From assembly GCA_958009085.1 (NCBI GenBank), contig OY253675.1:434001-498000 (forward strand): 64,000 nt of DNA, read 5' to 3'. The notes below the pieces were generated by a model, which was not told where the DNA came from, made no database searches, and saw only the letters and a list, made by a program, of their open reading frames with translations. The DNA comes from Protoeuglena noctilucae (Eukaryota). The position numbers and the translations under genes were made by a program. Positions 38,183 to 51,500 of the stretch are shown here, piece after piece (the first letter of the stretch is position 1; every line of letters begins with the position of its first letter).

Positions 38183-39487
38183 CTACTGCATCCAGGCGGT
38201 AAGCGCGACGCGGTGCGCGTGGGAGGGCAGCACGGCGTGGTCGACAGCCCCGCTCAGGAAGATGACGACCCTTCCTGCGATCGGTGCGACCTCCACCACT
38301 TGCTTCCCGTCGAGCACCATCTCGCGCACCGTGCCCTCCTCCGCCCCGTCCACCACGTCCTGCGTTCGCCGCGTCACGCTTCCCATCGCACGCTCGCGCT
38401 CCCAGGTAAACACACGTACGCCTCACCTCTCATGCCAATCCCGTCCTCGCCTGAGGCTTGGGCCGCCACATGCGCAGCTGCCCTCCGTGGCTCGGCTCCC
38501 ACGCGCTGCTCGTGTAGACGATTGCCGTCACGCGCCGCTGCTCCTCCTCTGTTCCGTCGTCCGGCAGCGCATCCCGGTGCTTCTCGTAGCGGGCACGCTC
38601 GGGAGAGTAATAACCCAACTGCGGATGGGTGAGGCGAACTAGTATAAGTGACCGGGACTGTCTATATGGCCCTGCAACCGCCAAGCACAACAGCAGCACT
38701 GTGAATCACCTGGTACTCTGCGTCCATTTTTCGGAATCGCATCACTTGATGCAAGTCGTCGTGCACGTCCCTGCGTAGGACGCACCGCTGGTTGACGTTG
38801 CAGCAGGGTCGCCGACCGGTACTCAGCGCACCGCACCACAAGCATGCCCTGTTGCACCTACCTGAAAAAGTCTAACGCCGCTGCGACCGCCCCGGTGCTG
38901 TCCTCTCTGTTCACAAAGACGATGCGGTCGCTGCGCGCCCCAAAGTCGGTGAAGGGCACCCCTGAATCGTCCGTGTTGCCCGGCAGCTCGGCAGCCAGCC
39001 GCTGCAGTTGGCAAAGAAAGACGCCGTCTCACGGAGCGCAACGCATGCACATTCTTCTTCGTCGTCGATGCCGACTATAAGGGCGCGGGAAACGATCGCA
39101 GCTGCCACGCACCAGCACGCCGTCCCGTGCCAGCTGCAGCCCCTGCTCGTACAAGCCCGCAGCCAGGTCCAGCGGGAAGACGCCGTCCAGGATCGTAAAG
39201 CCCTGGTCCCGGAGCTCAGCGACGGCGCGGCCCGTGAGCACTCGGAAGCCGTCGTGACGCTCCGGGGCCTCGCTGGTGAAGAGACGCCCGCACACGTCCA
39301 AAGGATTCTCCTGCGCGTCCAGATATTCCAACAGCTGCTCTTCCGTAACCTCGACGACCTCTTCCACTTCCTCGTCCTCTACTTCCTCTTCTTCGGAGCC
39401 CGCTCCCGAGTCTGCACGCTCCGCCGCCGGCGAGAGCCCCGCAGCGAAGCGCGCGATGCGGGCCGAAAGTGATGTATCGTCCTCCAT
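38183..39487 (-). CDS. 2OG-Fe(II) oxygenase, EGLN/PHD prolyl-hydroxylase-like
   Basis: ELRDQGFTILDGV, YEKHRDA (HxD), RRVTAIVY...WEPSHGGQLRMW and VAPIAGRVVIFLSGAVDHAVLPSHAHRVALTAW (distal His and 2OG-binding Arg). Confidence 0.85.
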
Positions 39488-39654
39488 GACCGCGATTGAT
39501 CTGTCAGGTCAGGTCAGAGGCAGTGATAAAGCGGCAGGCAGGAAGGGTGGGGCAAAGAGGGGCGCCAGCAGAGCCCGTTTTCCCTCCCCATCCACAGCCT
39601 GCCCCCATGAAGTGGCAGTTCGGTGCTGCATCGGGCCCTCCCTGAGGTGGTAAG

Positions 39655-40632
39655 ATGCTCAGGCTGTCGCGCCTGGTGACGGGTGCCTGTCGGAGCCTGC
39701 AGGGCGGCACCGATGCAGGGTTGAGCACAGGACAATGCGCAGCGCTGGCGGACCGGGGCGTGTCCACAGCGGCTGCAGCGAGCCAGTCGGTGGGGGGCGC
39801 CTGGCAGCTCGCGCGTGCCCCTCCGCTCTGCCGCTTGATGCAGAGGCCGCCCAAACTCGTGCGGCCGCAGTGGAATGGTCTGGGCAGCGGCATCAGCGGG
39901 AACGCGAGCCGAATGGCCGACTTCCTGTACGAGAAGGAGGAGTTTCAGGAGAAGGAGAAGGAGCTCTCGGAGGAGGAGAAGAGCGCCAAGGCGGCGAGGT
40001 AAGCCGTTCGCAAGCGAACGCTCCCAGCCGCGCGCGCTCTGCGTTGTGTGCGCTCGTCACCCTTTCATCGCATCGCACGCAGTGACGCGGCGCTGGTGAT
40101 TCGCGCCTTCGCGTACGGGACCATCGGGGCGCTCGTGATTGCGGGCGGCACCATCTACGCGGTGCTGCACGTCACGCTGCTGATTGCGCAGGAGACGGGC
40201 GGCAGATTCCGAACGGGGCGGCCGGAGGCTGTCGACGGGCGATTCGGGAAGCTCAGCAAGTGGATCAGAGCCGAGGCGGAGCAAGCGGGGGTGGCGGAGC
40301 AAGCGGGGGTGGCAGAGCAAGCAGAGGTAGCGCGACCTGGGGCGGCACCAGCGTGGGTGGCGCGCGTGAGAGGCTCTGCGGGCGCTAGTGACCGGCCGAC
40401 TGGGCGTGGCGCGGGCCCCGTGTGGCGCTTGGGCAAGCGTCCGGACGTCGATGCCGGCGGCGGTGCTGGGGCGGTCGCAGCAGCACCGCCGCCACAGTCG
40501 CCAGCAGGGTCGCTGTCAGAGCAGCGGCGTCGTTTGTTGGATGAGTTGGACGCCAGTCACATCGGGGAGTGGAGCCGGGCCAAGTGGGCGAGGCGGAAAG
40601 AGCTGAGACGAGCGCTGGCGGAGATGGCATGA
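39655..40632 (+). CDS. hypothetical single-pass membrane protein with a mitochondrial-presequence-like N-terminus
   Basis: Exons ~39655-39998 and 40083-40632. N-terminus MLRLSRLVTGACRSL is Arg-rich. TM segment AFAYGTIGALVIAGGTIYAVL. Internal GVAEQA repeat. Confidence 0.6.
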
Positions 40633-41270
40633 GCACAGCTGGGGTCGGGTGGTGTTTATAGTACTACGCACGGTCGTGGCAACAGGGTCCCATCAAATCG
40701 AGGCCGGTTGGCATCGCATGGCGACATCGGGTGAGTGCTGCGGGTTAAGCTCGGTGTGGTGCGTGGCGTTGAGGGCAAGTTGGCGGGGTGTATGCAATAT
40801 GTGGGAGGGAAACCGTGGCACGGTCGAGTGGCGGGGGCATGAGACGTTGCCCTGTCTTAAGGTTAAGTGCCACACATCAGCGGGCGCCTGTCATGCCCGG
40901 GCTAGCCTCCACCAGCGCGCTTCGGGTCGAGCCTCACCCCGGAGCGCTAGGGAGCAGCCACATGTGCCACATGCGCACGCAACTCGCTTGGATGGACACA
41001 TGCGCATGCGTCGATGAACACGTGCGTTGTAGCATGTGCAATGCATTGCTCATCTGACGAGCTTCGTTGCTGCTTCAAGCGGCGCATGTCTTTGCATGTG
41101 CCGCAGGCAAGGGCCCAAGCGCACCATCGGCGTGGGCACGTCCGTGCATGCAAGGTCTACAAGAGAGACTGTCAATATGGCGGCAGCCACAGCACGTCGT
41201 GAGTGCCACTAGATAGATAGCTGGTACTAGCGAGGCTCCATGCTATCTACAAGGCCGTGACACTGCCCTC

Positions 41271-44200
41271 TCACAAGTACGTCAGGCTGCGGTTCCCCAT
41301 CTTGAGATTGGTCTTCTTCTTGGCGCCCCTCTTCGACGCAGCCTCCAACGCGACACCCATGTCACGGGTCGGGTTGAAGCCCTGGCCCCTGCGCCCACCG
41401 CCACCGCCACCGCCACCGCCACCCCCACCCCCACCCCCACGCCCACGCCCGCGATTCGAGCCCCCCTCTCGCCCCGCCCCGCGCCCACGCCCGCCACGCC
41501 CCCGCCCGCCGCCTCTGGCTGCCTCCGCCCCCAGGGCCCTGGGCCTCCCTGCAACGAAACCGAGCGCACGATTCGTACTAAGCAAAAGTCGCTATGCAAG
41601 GGGTTTGGTGTTGGACGTTTGTCCAACTGATACACACAGAGCAGTCGCTAAACAATGCAGCTAAGGCAACTCTGCTTTGCAGAATTGCGTTACTGCCAAC
41701 AGCGCCCGCCGCCCACTCCCCCATGCCACTCACCTTGCTGCGACGCGCCCCCCTCGTCGTCGCCCTTCCCTCTCGGGAACGGCCGGCCCTCGTTGTCATC
41801 AATCACCGTTCCGATCTGTATCCCGAAGTCGAACGGCGTCACCTCCGCCGCACGGGCGCGCTTCCGGGCCGCACGCTCGCTCGCACCCCGTTGCTCTGCG
41901 GGTGGTACGAGGCGGGTGGGGTGGGGTGATGGACCACTACCTGTGGACGTACCAAGGGAGTTACCCTGACAGCCACCATGCACATCCCACATGCACCCCT
42001 TCTGCAGCATTCACCCCACGCGCACGCACCCCCTGCCGCTCTCAACCCACCCATATCCACCCATTCACCACATAGCATCATGCACCCCACATCCACCCAT
42101 CCACCCCACCCGCACGCACGCACCCCCTTCGGCCCTCAACGCCACCTCCACAAACTTCCTCTTGTCCTTCCCCCGCTCTGACCCCCCCGTTGAGTATCGG
42201 TGCTTCAGTGGAACGGGGAGGTAGTCCTCTCCCGCAAGCACCTCGGCCCCTGGACTGCCCGCACCCTCCGCCTGCATGGGGATGAGGCAAACACACATGA
42301 ATGAATTGTTACTATCAAATAGTGTATACCAAAAAGCAATGGTTGACCCACTTGGCGCATTGATGGGCGTCACTGCGCCACTGCAGTTGGGCTAGCGATG
42401 ACCTGGTTGCTGGCGCTGCCACCCACGCACCTCTGCCTGCCTCCGCATCCCCTCCACAAACGCCGCCACTGCCTCTCGCTGCCCCTCCGCCAGCTCCGTC
42501 GGCGCAGCAGCCACTGCTTCATCATCCCCCATCTCCTCGCCACCCCCATCCCCACCTCCCCCGTCGCCCTCGCCAGTCACGCCTCCTGACTCAGGAGTAA
42601 CTGAGTCAGCATCTGCAGCTAAGACCAGCGCAAAGGGCATGGCCATCGCCCCTTTCACCGCCGCCACCCTCGCGGCCACCCCCGCACTGCCAGGTGACAC
42701 AGACACAGGCACAGGTACTGCCCCAGAGCCACCCGCTATGGCACCCAGTACCGCCATGGCAGGCCGCGCAGTGCGGGTGGGTGGGGCACCAAACAGAGCC
42801 CCCATCGCACTGGGCTGCGCTGGACGCGTCACCACAGCCGCAGCCATGCTGGATGGTGCAGCGGCAGTGGATTGGGCCACACCAGCCGCCGCCCTACACC
42901 CGTTGTCGTCACCCCCACCGCCCCGCTCAGCATCAGCCCCACCGACTGCCTCTGTGACGCCGCGGTTAACGTCCGGCTGCGATGCGACATCCAATGACCC
43001 ACCCTTTGTATGGCTAGACACCCCCAGCCCTGTCCCAGTGACCCCAGACAGCGCCGCTGCCATCCGCGATGCAACCGGTGCAGGCCCTGTGATGGGCACC
43101 ACTACACTTGCACTCCCGGCACTGTCTGCATGTGCACCGCGACCCATCAGCCCCGCCATCGCACTCCCCGTATGTGCTGCCACCCCCACCGCCACTGCCA
43201 CCCCGCTCGCACCCCCACCCCTGACCCCTCCGCCCACAGTGCTGCTACCACTCGCACCAACACCCGCAGGTGCCGCCACGCCCGCTACCTCCCCCCCTGC
43301 GCCAACCCGCTGCCTTCCAGCCACCCCAGCCCCACCCTCCCGGTCCGCCCCCACCGCCACTCCCACCCCATCCCCTTCCTCTCCCTCCCCCTCCCCCTGC
43401 GCACCCCCCTCATCCTCATCGCCCCGCTCCTTGTCCCCCGCAGCGCCACCCTCGTCTCTGACGCCGTCTCTGGCACCCTCTCTGGCACTGACAGCTGTCG
43501 GAAGCAGCCCTGTGGTCGGGTCAGCCCCCAGGGGAGGCTCAGCCCCATTCACAGCCGCCCTCACTGCCGCTGCGATGTGCTCTGCGTGGCGCCGCGCGAC
43601 TGCGTTGCGGATCTTGGAGCCGGCAGAATCCAGGGCTTTGAGTAGCGACGGCACTGTGCAGAGGGAGGGGGGTGGGTGGTTGGGTGTAGGTCAGGTGCAT
43701 GGGGCAGTGGCGGGGGTGGAGGATGCATGGCACGCTACTTCATACAGCAGGATGCACAGTTAAAGAACTGTGGGTTCCGCACAGCCACTGCCACAGCACA
43801 CGCATGCGTCCACACCCCCCTACCACTACGCCCATCCTCACCGTCTGTCGGCACCGCCTTCGCCAGAGCCAGCAGCACCGCGCGGGGCATGATATAACCC
43901 AGTGAGTCATCCCCCTGCCGCCCAGTGGCGTCTCTCCAGGCAAAGAGAGCGGAGAAGGCCGCGATTTGGCGTCGGTCCAATGACCTCGCTGCAGACTCCC
44001 GACGCAGAGCGGCGACCCACGAGGTGGGCGTGAAGAGGGGCTTCTGCGGAAAGGGGGCGTGCGAGCGAATGAGGGGACTTGCAAGGGAGGGCAGGGGCAC
44101 CCTGCGTGCAACTGGTGGCGGTGCATGGGCTGGGAGCTTTGCAACAGAGACGCGCTTGCGTGTGACATGAGCCAGTGCTTCCACAACCAATCATCTCCAT

Positions 44201-46505
44201 GCACGTTCTAGGTAGGTCCAATCTAGCCTCACCTCGTACTTGAGGCTGCAGACACGACGCGACCGCTCGATCACGCACGCCAGGGCCGGGCTCGCTGCAC
44301 CCCGGTCGGCGACGGCCTGGACCGCAGGGGAGAGGGGCACCCTGCGGAGACGAGCAGAAGGGTGGGGCGGTTGCGTCAAGCATGCTACGTACCTGGGTCG
44401 GTGCAGCTTGGGTGAAGTGTGCTGCCAGGCTAGATAGCAGAGCCCAGAGAATCCAGAGCACTACAAAGCAAGTTGCTACGATTGCTAATCGCAAGAGTAT
44501 GACGAATGCTAATGTTCATCATGGCAATGCAGTGCTGCCACTCACCGCAGCTCCTCTGGGACCTCGTCCTGTCTCTCGGCCAGCTCCCTCCGCAGCGCGT
44601 CGTACACGTGGAGCAGGTAGTGGGTGTCCTCGCGCGCGTAGTGGGCCATCTCGTGCGTCAGCGGGCGGCAGCGCCAGTCGGCGAGCTGCAGAGCCTTGTT
44701 GGCGCGGACGCCGCAGTGGCGCTGCAGCAGGTGCGCCAGGCCGTGCGAGGGCAGGCCGAGGACGCGGGCGGCCTGGCCGGTGTCGAAGAGAGACACGACG
44801 TAGATTCCAAAGTCGCGCTGCAGCCACTGCACGTCCCCGTCGGCCCCGTGCAGCACCTTAACGATGCTGCCATCTGCAAACACGGGGCCCAGCGCCGCGG
44901 GGATCTGCCCGCGGAGGGCCAGCGCGTCAACCAAAAAATCTCGCTCCCACGTAGATATCTGCGGGCGCGAGAACGCGGGCGGCGGTCGAGCGAAGCAGCG
45001 CAGCGATGCAAATTGAGTTGCGGGGCCCTGCGAGCAAACACGACGAGATGCGACCGATTCTCACCTGGATGAGGCACGTGAATCCCTGGAACGAGCGATA
45101 CGAGTGCGCCTCCAGGTCCACCGCGATCTCCCGCTGCTGCGCGAGGTGCTGCGCCATCTCCGCCAGCGCGCTGTCGTTGTCCACCGTGACGAGGGGCGTT
45201 GATTCCAACGGAGCGTACGCCCGGGGAACCTGCGGGAGGGGGCGGCAATACCATTCGTTTGGTATGCACAAGACAATCGACCATCCTGTACGTGTAATTA
45301 AGGCAGGGCTGCGGGGCTGCCGGCGGCCCATTCGCGCCCAATCCTGGTAAAGGATGAGCCATCTAGTGCAGACTACTGAAACGAAACAGCTACAAATACG
45401 CAGCGTTTCTGTGCATCACGCCTCTCGCCTCGGGGATGGCGAGGAGGGACGCGGGCACGGCAGAGTCGTGGATGGCAGCGGCATATGGGTGAGGGTACCT
45501 CCCCTCGGCATCCGGTGCCAGGACGCGGCCACCGGGGGGCACCAGCGCCTCGTGCGCCGCGGACACGTCACCGCGGAGATACCAGGGGCGGGGCACTGCA
45601 TGGACAACAAAGCGTATCATAGCACGTTCTGGCCCCACCTCAGCTGCCATCGTTCCGCAGCAGTCACAGCGGGCGACAGAGCGATGCATGGGCTGACGCG
45701 GGTATGGCTAGTCAACGTGCAGCGGCGTTCGCCGGAACCCAGTCATAGATAGCACACGCACGCACCAAAGGGTTCCCGCGCGTTGTCGACCGGGTCTGGG
45801 AACGACTCCTGCGGCCGCGGTCCCGCTCCCAGCGCATCGAACTGCGATCCGCGAGGGGACTGCGGGCGCGGACCGACCGCCAGCAGCGACGCTGGCAGGG
45901 GGCTGCGCTTGGCAGTCGGCGAGTCCGCTGCTGCCGCTGCCGTGGGGCTCTCCGCGTCCCGCTTGCGCTTCGCGTTCTCAGCCCTGAGCTGCGCGAGCTC
46001 CTTCGCGTGCTCGTCGAGGCTGACGGAGGCCCTGTCGATGAGCCCGTCCATCAGAGGCAAGAAAACGTCGCTGTAGCTCGCGTCGCAGTCGCAGTCCTCC
46101 GCGTCCGCCTCCCCCGCTGCGCCGAGGAAATCACAAAAGTATAAAGTACTTCGTCATCGCTAGCTGACACGATGCAAGCGGCTCTCCAAGGTTGCCCGCG
46201 CGCGCAAGGGCCTGGCTCGACGTAGCTGCCCCTTCGTGCAGGACGCAGGCGCGATGAACGCGCTCACCGGCCTGGACGTTCTGCGATGTTATCCTCCCGG
46301 TGCTCAAGGACGGAGCGGCGCGCTCCGCCACGTTCAGGGCAGACGCGCGTAGGCGCTGCACAGCGTCCCGGAACGACGTGGCATTGTAGAGCAAATGGAA
46401 CCGCGAGCCGCCGGGGAGAGCCGCTTCCCGCGCCTTTGACACGGCCGCATTGGCGTCCAGCAGAGCCGCAGTCACGGCGTCCACCGGGGCCGCCTCGGCG
46501 GGCAT
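41271..46505 (-). CDS. RRP6: exosome 3'-5' exonuclease RRP6 (EXOSC10)
   Basis: DEDDy motifs IAVDLEAHSYRSFQGFTCLIQIST, KVLHGADGDVQWLQRDFG, LFDTGQAA and QLADWRCRPL...YAREDTHYLL. HRDC segment LFAWRDATGRQGDDSLGYIMP. RGG tract and C-terminal GNRSLTYL-stop. Ten exons. Confidence 0.95.
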
Positions 46506-46911
46506 CCCGGGCGGCCGCTGTGCCGCAGCTCGGGCGTCGCCCGCGTGCTGCGGCTCCGGATGCCTCGTGTGGGTGCGGCGATTGCTAGGGCAGCTTTGCG
46601 CGCGAATGACATCGACGTGTCCTGCCGGCGCGTCTCGGGGCCGTCCCCCTCTGGCGTATCGTCCCTGACAGCCCCAGCGCTCCAAGTCACGCCAGCCAAG
46701 GCCTTCCCTTGTATAGATTGCTGCCAGTGATGACTACTCGGCGACTTGGTTTCAGCTCTGACGTCGCCCTTAGCTCACCAGGCTGCTCCCCACCGACGCA
46801 CTTGTGTTGAGGCGCCCCCCGCGCCCGCCCATCGCGCCGTTCCCCTCTCCCCCCGGGGCCACAGCTTGATTGCGTTTCCCGCGAAACGCTGGCGCGAGCG
46901 TCGCTTCCACC

Positions 46912-48223
46912 ATGCAGTCCACGCTACGGGCGTGGGGCGTGGGCCCGTCGGTTAGCAGCCACGGCGCCTCCCCGGGGCCATCGCGGCCGCCCTCCTCCCT
47001 CCGGACGCCGTTGCAAATGCGTCGAATGGCGTACGGTGCGCAGCGCGGATGGACGCGCCGGCGAGCTCCGCGCGGGCGCAGACCTACGACGGTCACCTCC
47101 ATCGAAGGATTGCCGCGCCGCACCGCGTCTGCCCATCCGTCGCCCGCAGATCCCGAAGTGCTTCCACCAGAGCAACCCAAATCCAGTCGCAGGGCGCCCC
47201 CACCGCCCAGGCGCGTGAGCCACCAGCCCTACCCTTCCACAGTTACCAGTCTCCCCACTCCTCCCCATCGCCCCGCGTTGCCTAACCCTGTCGCTCTCGC
47301 TCTCGACTGCAGGCCTCCAGCGCCGCCCCCGCCCCCTCCGCGCCTGGTGGACCGCCGCGCTGCCCTGGCCATCGCCGCGGGGGTCTTGGGCCTCTCTGGC
47401 CTACTCATGCTGGAGAACAGCGACTTCGACGCGCCTGGCCAGGCCCCGGCGAACCGCGTGTTCGGCATCGACGCGAACGGCACCAGGATCGAGAGGAACC
47501 GGCAGGGGACGTGAGTGGTGGGACATGGGTGGGGTGGGGAGGGGCGGGGCGTGCGTGTAGGCGTGCTTGACCTGGACTGGGTGACAGGCGCAGAGAGTCT
47601 ATGCAAGCGGAGCATGCATAAAACAGCGCTGGACTCTCGAGCAAGCTCATCTGTCTCTTTTGCTAAGAAACGTATTTGTGTGCGAGAGACCACTTGGATC
47701 GCACGTGCAGGGTCCGTGTCAAGTACTCTGCCAACGGCATCGAGTCCCTCGTTCACGAGGTGTACTACGACCCGTACCACGAGGGCGTCCTCATCCTCAA
47801 GCCCCAGGTGAGTTTTGTGGCTGCAGGTAGTCGGGCTGTCGAGGTCACACCTAAGCTTACGCTGCGGCTTGTGGTGCAAGCCCAGCGACCGCCCGCGCTT
47901 GTGCCTGACGTGCAGATGGACTTAGACGAGGGCGTGTTCATGTACATCGACACGGGAATCGTGGACATCGACCTCAACTCTCCGGACGACCTGCGCAAGG
48001 TGTTTGCCGGTAAGAGCCCAGCCGTCTGTGCGCCATCCTTCAGCAAATGTGGGCCTACGCTCGAGAAAGCATTGCGTAATACACTAACGTTGATGCGGGC
48101 GCAGGGGACCTGTGGCTGAGGAGGGCGCGGCCGATGCGTGCGTACGTGGACAGCATCAACGTGGACCCCAACCTCATTGGCACCGACAACGAGCCTCCGG
48201 AATGGCGAACGGGAGGCTGGTGA
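46912..48223 (+). CDS. hypothetical plastid (possibly thylakoid) protein
   Basis: Ser/Arg/Pro-rich transit-peptide-like N-terminus, then DRRAALAIAAGVLGL (twin-arginine-like plus hydrophobic stretch). The exons join in phase to ...PEWRTGGW-TGA at 48223. Confidence 0.55.
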
Positions 48224-48580
48224 GCGGTATATGAGCGAATAGGCGGTCCCCGCGTCGAGAGCGCGGCTTTCCTGCGCCGACGCCGTCGGTCTCGCAGCGC
48301 CAGCGTCGACCGTTGCGCTGCGGTCGTGAAACAGCAAGCGCGTGACGCCGATGATTAGTTCAATGCGGTTAGGCGATCGAGGTCATGTCGAGCTGCCCCT
48401 GGGAGTGAAGAGTCAGCAACGACGCGCTGAGGCGGTGCTGCGCCCGTCCTGCGCGTTATCCTCGCGCAGCTGGCCCACTGTCGTCGCCGACGCATCGAGC
48501 TTACAGAGTTGTGTCGCGCGAGTGCGAGAGCGCACTGCATCGCGCGCCGGTCGCGGCCAGCTGTCCGTGCGTCCGTTGCG

Positions 48581-51500
48581 ATGGAGGCGATCGGCCAGAC
48601 GTACGTCAACCCCGATCTTGAGGGCGAGGATGAGATTGAGGAGGAGGAGGAGGCGGCCAAGCTCGCCACCGTCTTCCTGGCGAGCGGCGGGGCGAGCGGC
48701 GGGGCACAGGGGACGCCGTTGGTAGGTTGCACCTGCGAACTGGCCCGGATTCTCCCGCACCCGCAGGTGGACATGGCACCGAGCATGCTCCAGCCACGCG
48801 TGGAGAACTTCTCGTGGGCCGACATGGCGCTCCTGAACATCAGCCACCACATCACGCACGACGCCCTCCAGGCCCCCGAGAACATGCACGCCGTCGTCTT
48901 CTTCGGCGCCCAGGCGAGTTGTCGAGTTTATGAGTAACAATCGCGCATATCCGGGATTCCCGGAAGCACCCGGATGCCTCCGCCGGGACGGGCGAAGTAG
49001 TAAAGCATTTGCGCGAGTGTGCGTCCTCACGGCCCTCCGCCGCGCAGGTCCAGGAGCCCAAAGATGCGGACGAGGGCATTCACGTCATGTTGCCGCTGTC
49101 CCGGCCGAGCGTGGCGGGTCTCCGCAAAGTGGATCCCACCAACTTCGACTCCGACGACCATTTGCAAACCGCGATTGGCTCCGCGCCCACGCCGCCCCAC
49201 GGGTCGCGGATCCACTTCCTATCCGCGGCCGTCACCAAGGCCAGGCGAGCGCAATGCGGGTTTTTGTTTGGAGCACACACGCTGCTCCCTGCGCTTCGTG
49301 CTTTGCACCATGATAGCTACAGCACGTCTCGCTCTCCCCTCGCAGGCAGATGCTGGAGAAGCTAATTCGTTCCAAGGGCAAGACCGGCCCGCGCGTGGAC
49401 ATGAGCGTGTACGTCTACACGGACGACGACAACGTGATGGGCAGCGGGAGTGGTGCATTGGCGTATGCCAACAAAGCCAAGGGGGTTACCAAAACGCTCG
49501 CAGAGATGGCCGCGCAGGGCGTGCAGGTGAGTGGTGCGGTGTGGTGGTGTGTCTGTGGCATGGTGTGGTGGAGTGACGGTGCTGCTGGTCATACGGTCGC
49601 ATGGCATGTACTCCAATATACTACTAATAATTTAATACTATATGTAGATACTTGCGACACCATGTGTTCCCTGTTTACCCAGGTGGACGTGGCTCTCTTT
49701 TACGACGGCCCCTCCCTGCCCTCCACCGATGCATGGGACGACCTGCTGCCCGACGTTTCTGGCGTTTCTGGCAGCGCGGGGGGGTTAGGGCAAACGTCGC
49801 AGGCGACGGAGGGGTTAGGGACGCAGGCGACGCAGGCGATGGGAGTGCAGGGGGCGGGACATGGGGTGGACAGAGGGGCGGGGGCGATGGGGATAAAGGT
49901 GGCAGTGGATGGGCAGATGGATGGTCCATCCATGGACATGCCGACGGTCACGCCTTGGTCGAAGGAGCAGGTGCAGGCGCATATACAGGTGACTGCAGGG
50001 AGGGGTGGGGTTTGGGAGTGGTGGGGCGGCAGGGTGGCAGCGCAGAGATGAGGGCTGAACAAGCTTATTGACACCCCCACCGCTACTGCATGGCTTTGCA
50101 CAAATGCCACCCATATCTCTACCTCCACCACCGCAGGGCTTTGAGTGTGGTAACATCCGCGTGGCCCGCCGCAAGCGCGCCTACCGCACCCTTCCCCTCT
50201 GCATTGGGCCTGATGGGCCGCCCTTCATGGTGCGAGCCTACTACACGGTCAAGAAGACGCCGCTGCCGTCACCGGGTGAGTGATTGGTGAAGTGAACATG
50301 GTGATGGTAGTGGTGGTGATGTTGTGGTGCGTGCGTACTACAGGGTCCTGTCAAGAAGACCGCACTGCCGTCACCGGGTGAGTGGCTGGTCGATGATGGG
50401 GAGGAGTGGTGATAACGATAGCGATAATGATTATAAGTAATAGCATTTGATAATAATATGACTCCCTTCTCCCCTCACACTCAGTGTGGATCGACCCTGA
50501 GAACCGTGAGACCAGGCCGCTGACGAAGTTCGTGGTCAAGAGCACCACGCAAGTGATGGACAGGGAACAAGTGACGGGGAGGCAGATACGGTACGGCAGG
50601 GGAGAGACGGTCACGCTGCAGGTGAGGGGTGGGGAAGGGGGGCATGGAAAGCGATGGGGTGGCATACGTAAACAGCTAAAGCGGCTAGATTGTCAGTAAC
50701 AACCCACCCACCCCTACCCCTGATCTTCCCTCATCCACTCACCTCATCCTCACCCCTCACCCCCATCCCCACCCCCCTTACCCAAACGCAGGCATCTGAC
50801 ATGGCGCGTGCCAGAAACCCCGCCAAGGACGCGGGCGTCTCTGGCATCCGCGTGGTGGGGTTTATCCCCAGAGATGACCTGACAGCGTTGGATGAGATGG
50901 GGGCGGGGATGTTCCTGTACCCAGACACCAGCCTGGCCTCAGGTGAGGGGGGGTGGCTGTATATATATTGGTGATATAATGGTTATATTGGATTTGGTTA
51001 TCTATTGGAACCAATATAAAAACTAATTGGATATATATTGACTTGAGAAGTGGCTTGATGCCTAACGGCCACCCTCACCCCTGTTAACACCCTCACAGCC
51101 ACCCTCACTACCCCCGGTATCTATGACCCCCGCCTCTCACCCCGACCCGTTAACCCCCTCCTTCCTGCAGTGCGCAAGAAGCACGTCAGGCAGTTTCTGA
51201 CGCTCCACCAGGCGATGCTTGCGAGGGGGGTGGTGGCCGTGGCACTCATGGCCAGCCCAGCGGGGGGGTGAGTTGTTGTTATGTGTTTTGATGAGTTGTT
51301 GCATGTTGTGTGTTGTCGTTGTGTCGCTGTGCGTTACTGTATGTTGTTGTGTGGATGGTGAGGGGTGAGTGTGTAATTACCAACCACTACCACCCCCACT
51401 GCCACCCACCTTCACACCCCCCCCCCCAGTCTCTCCCCCATTGCCCTCATCCCCACTCGCGAGTCTTGGCTGGGCGATCCCGGCATGGGACTGCAGTTAG

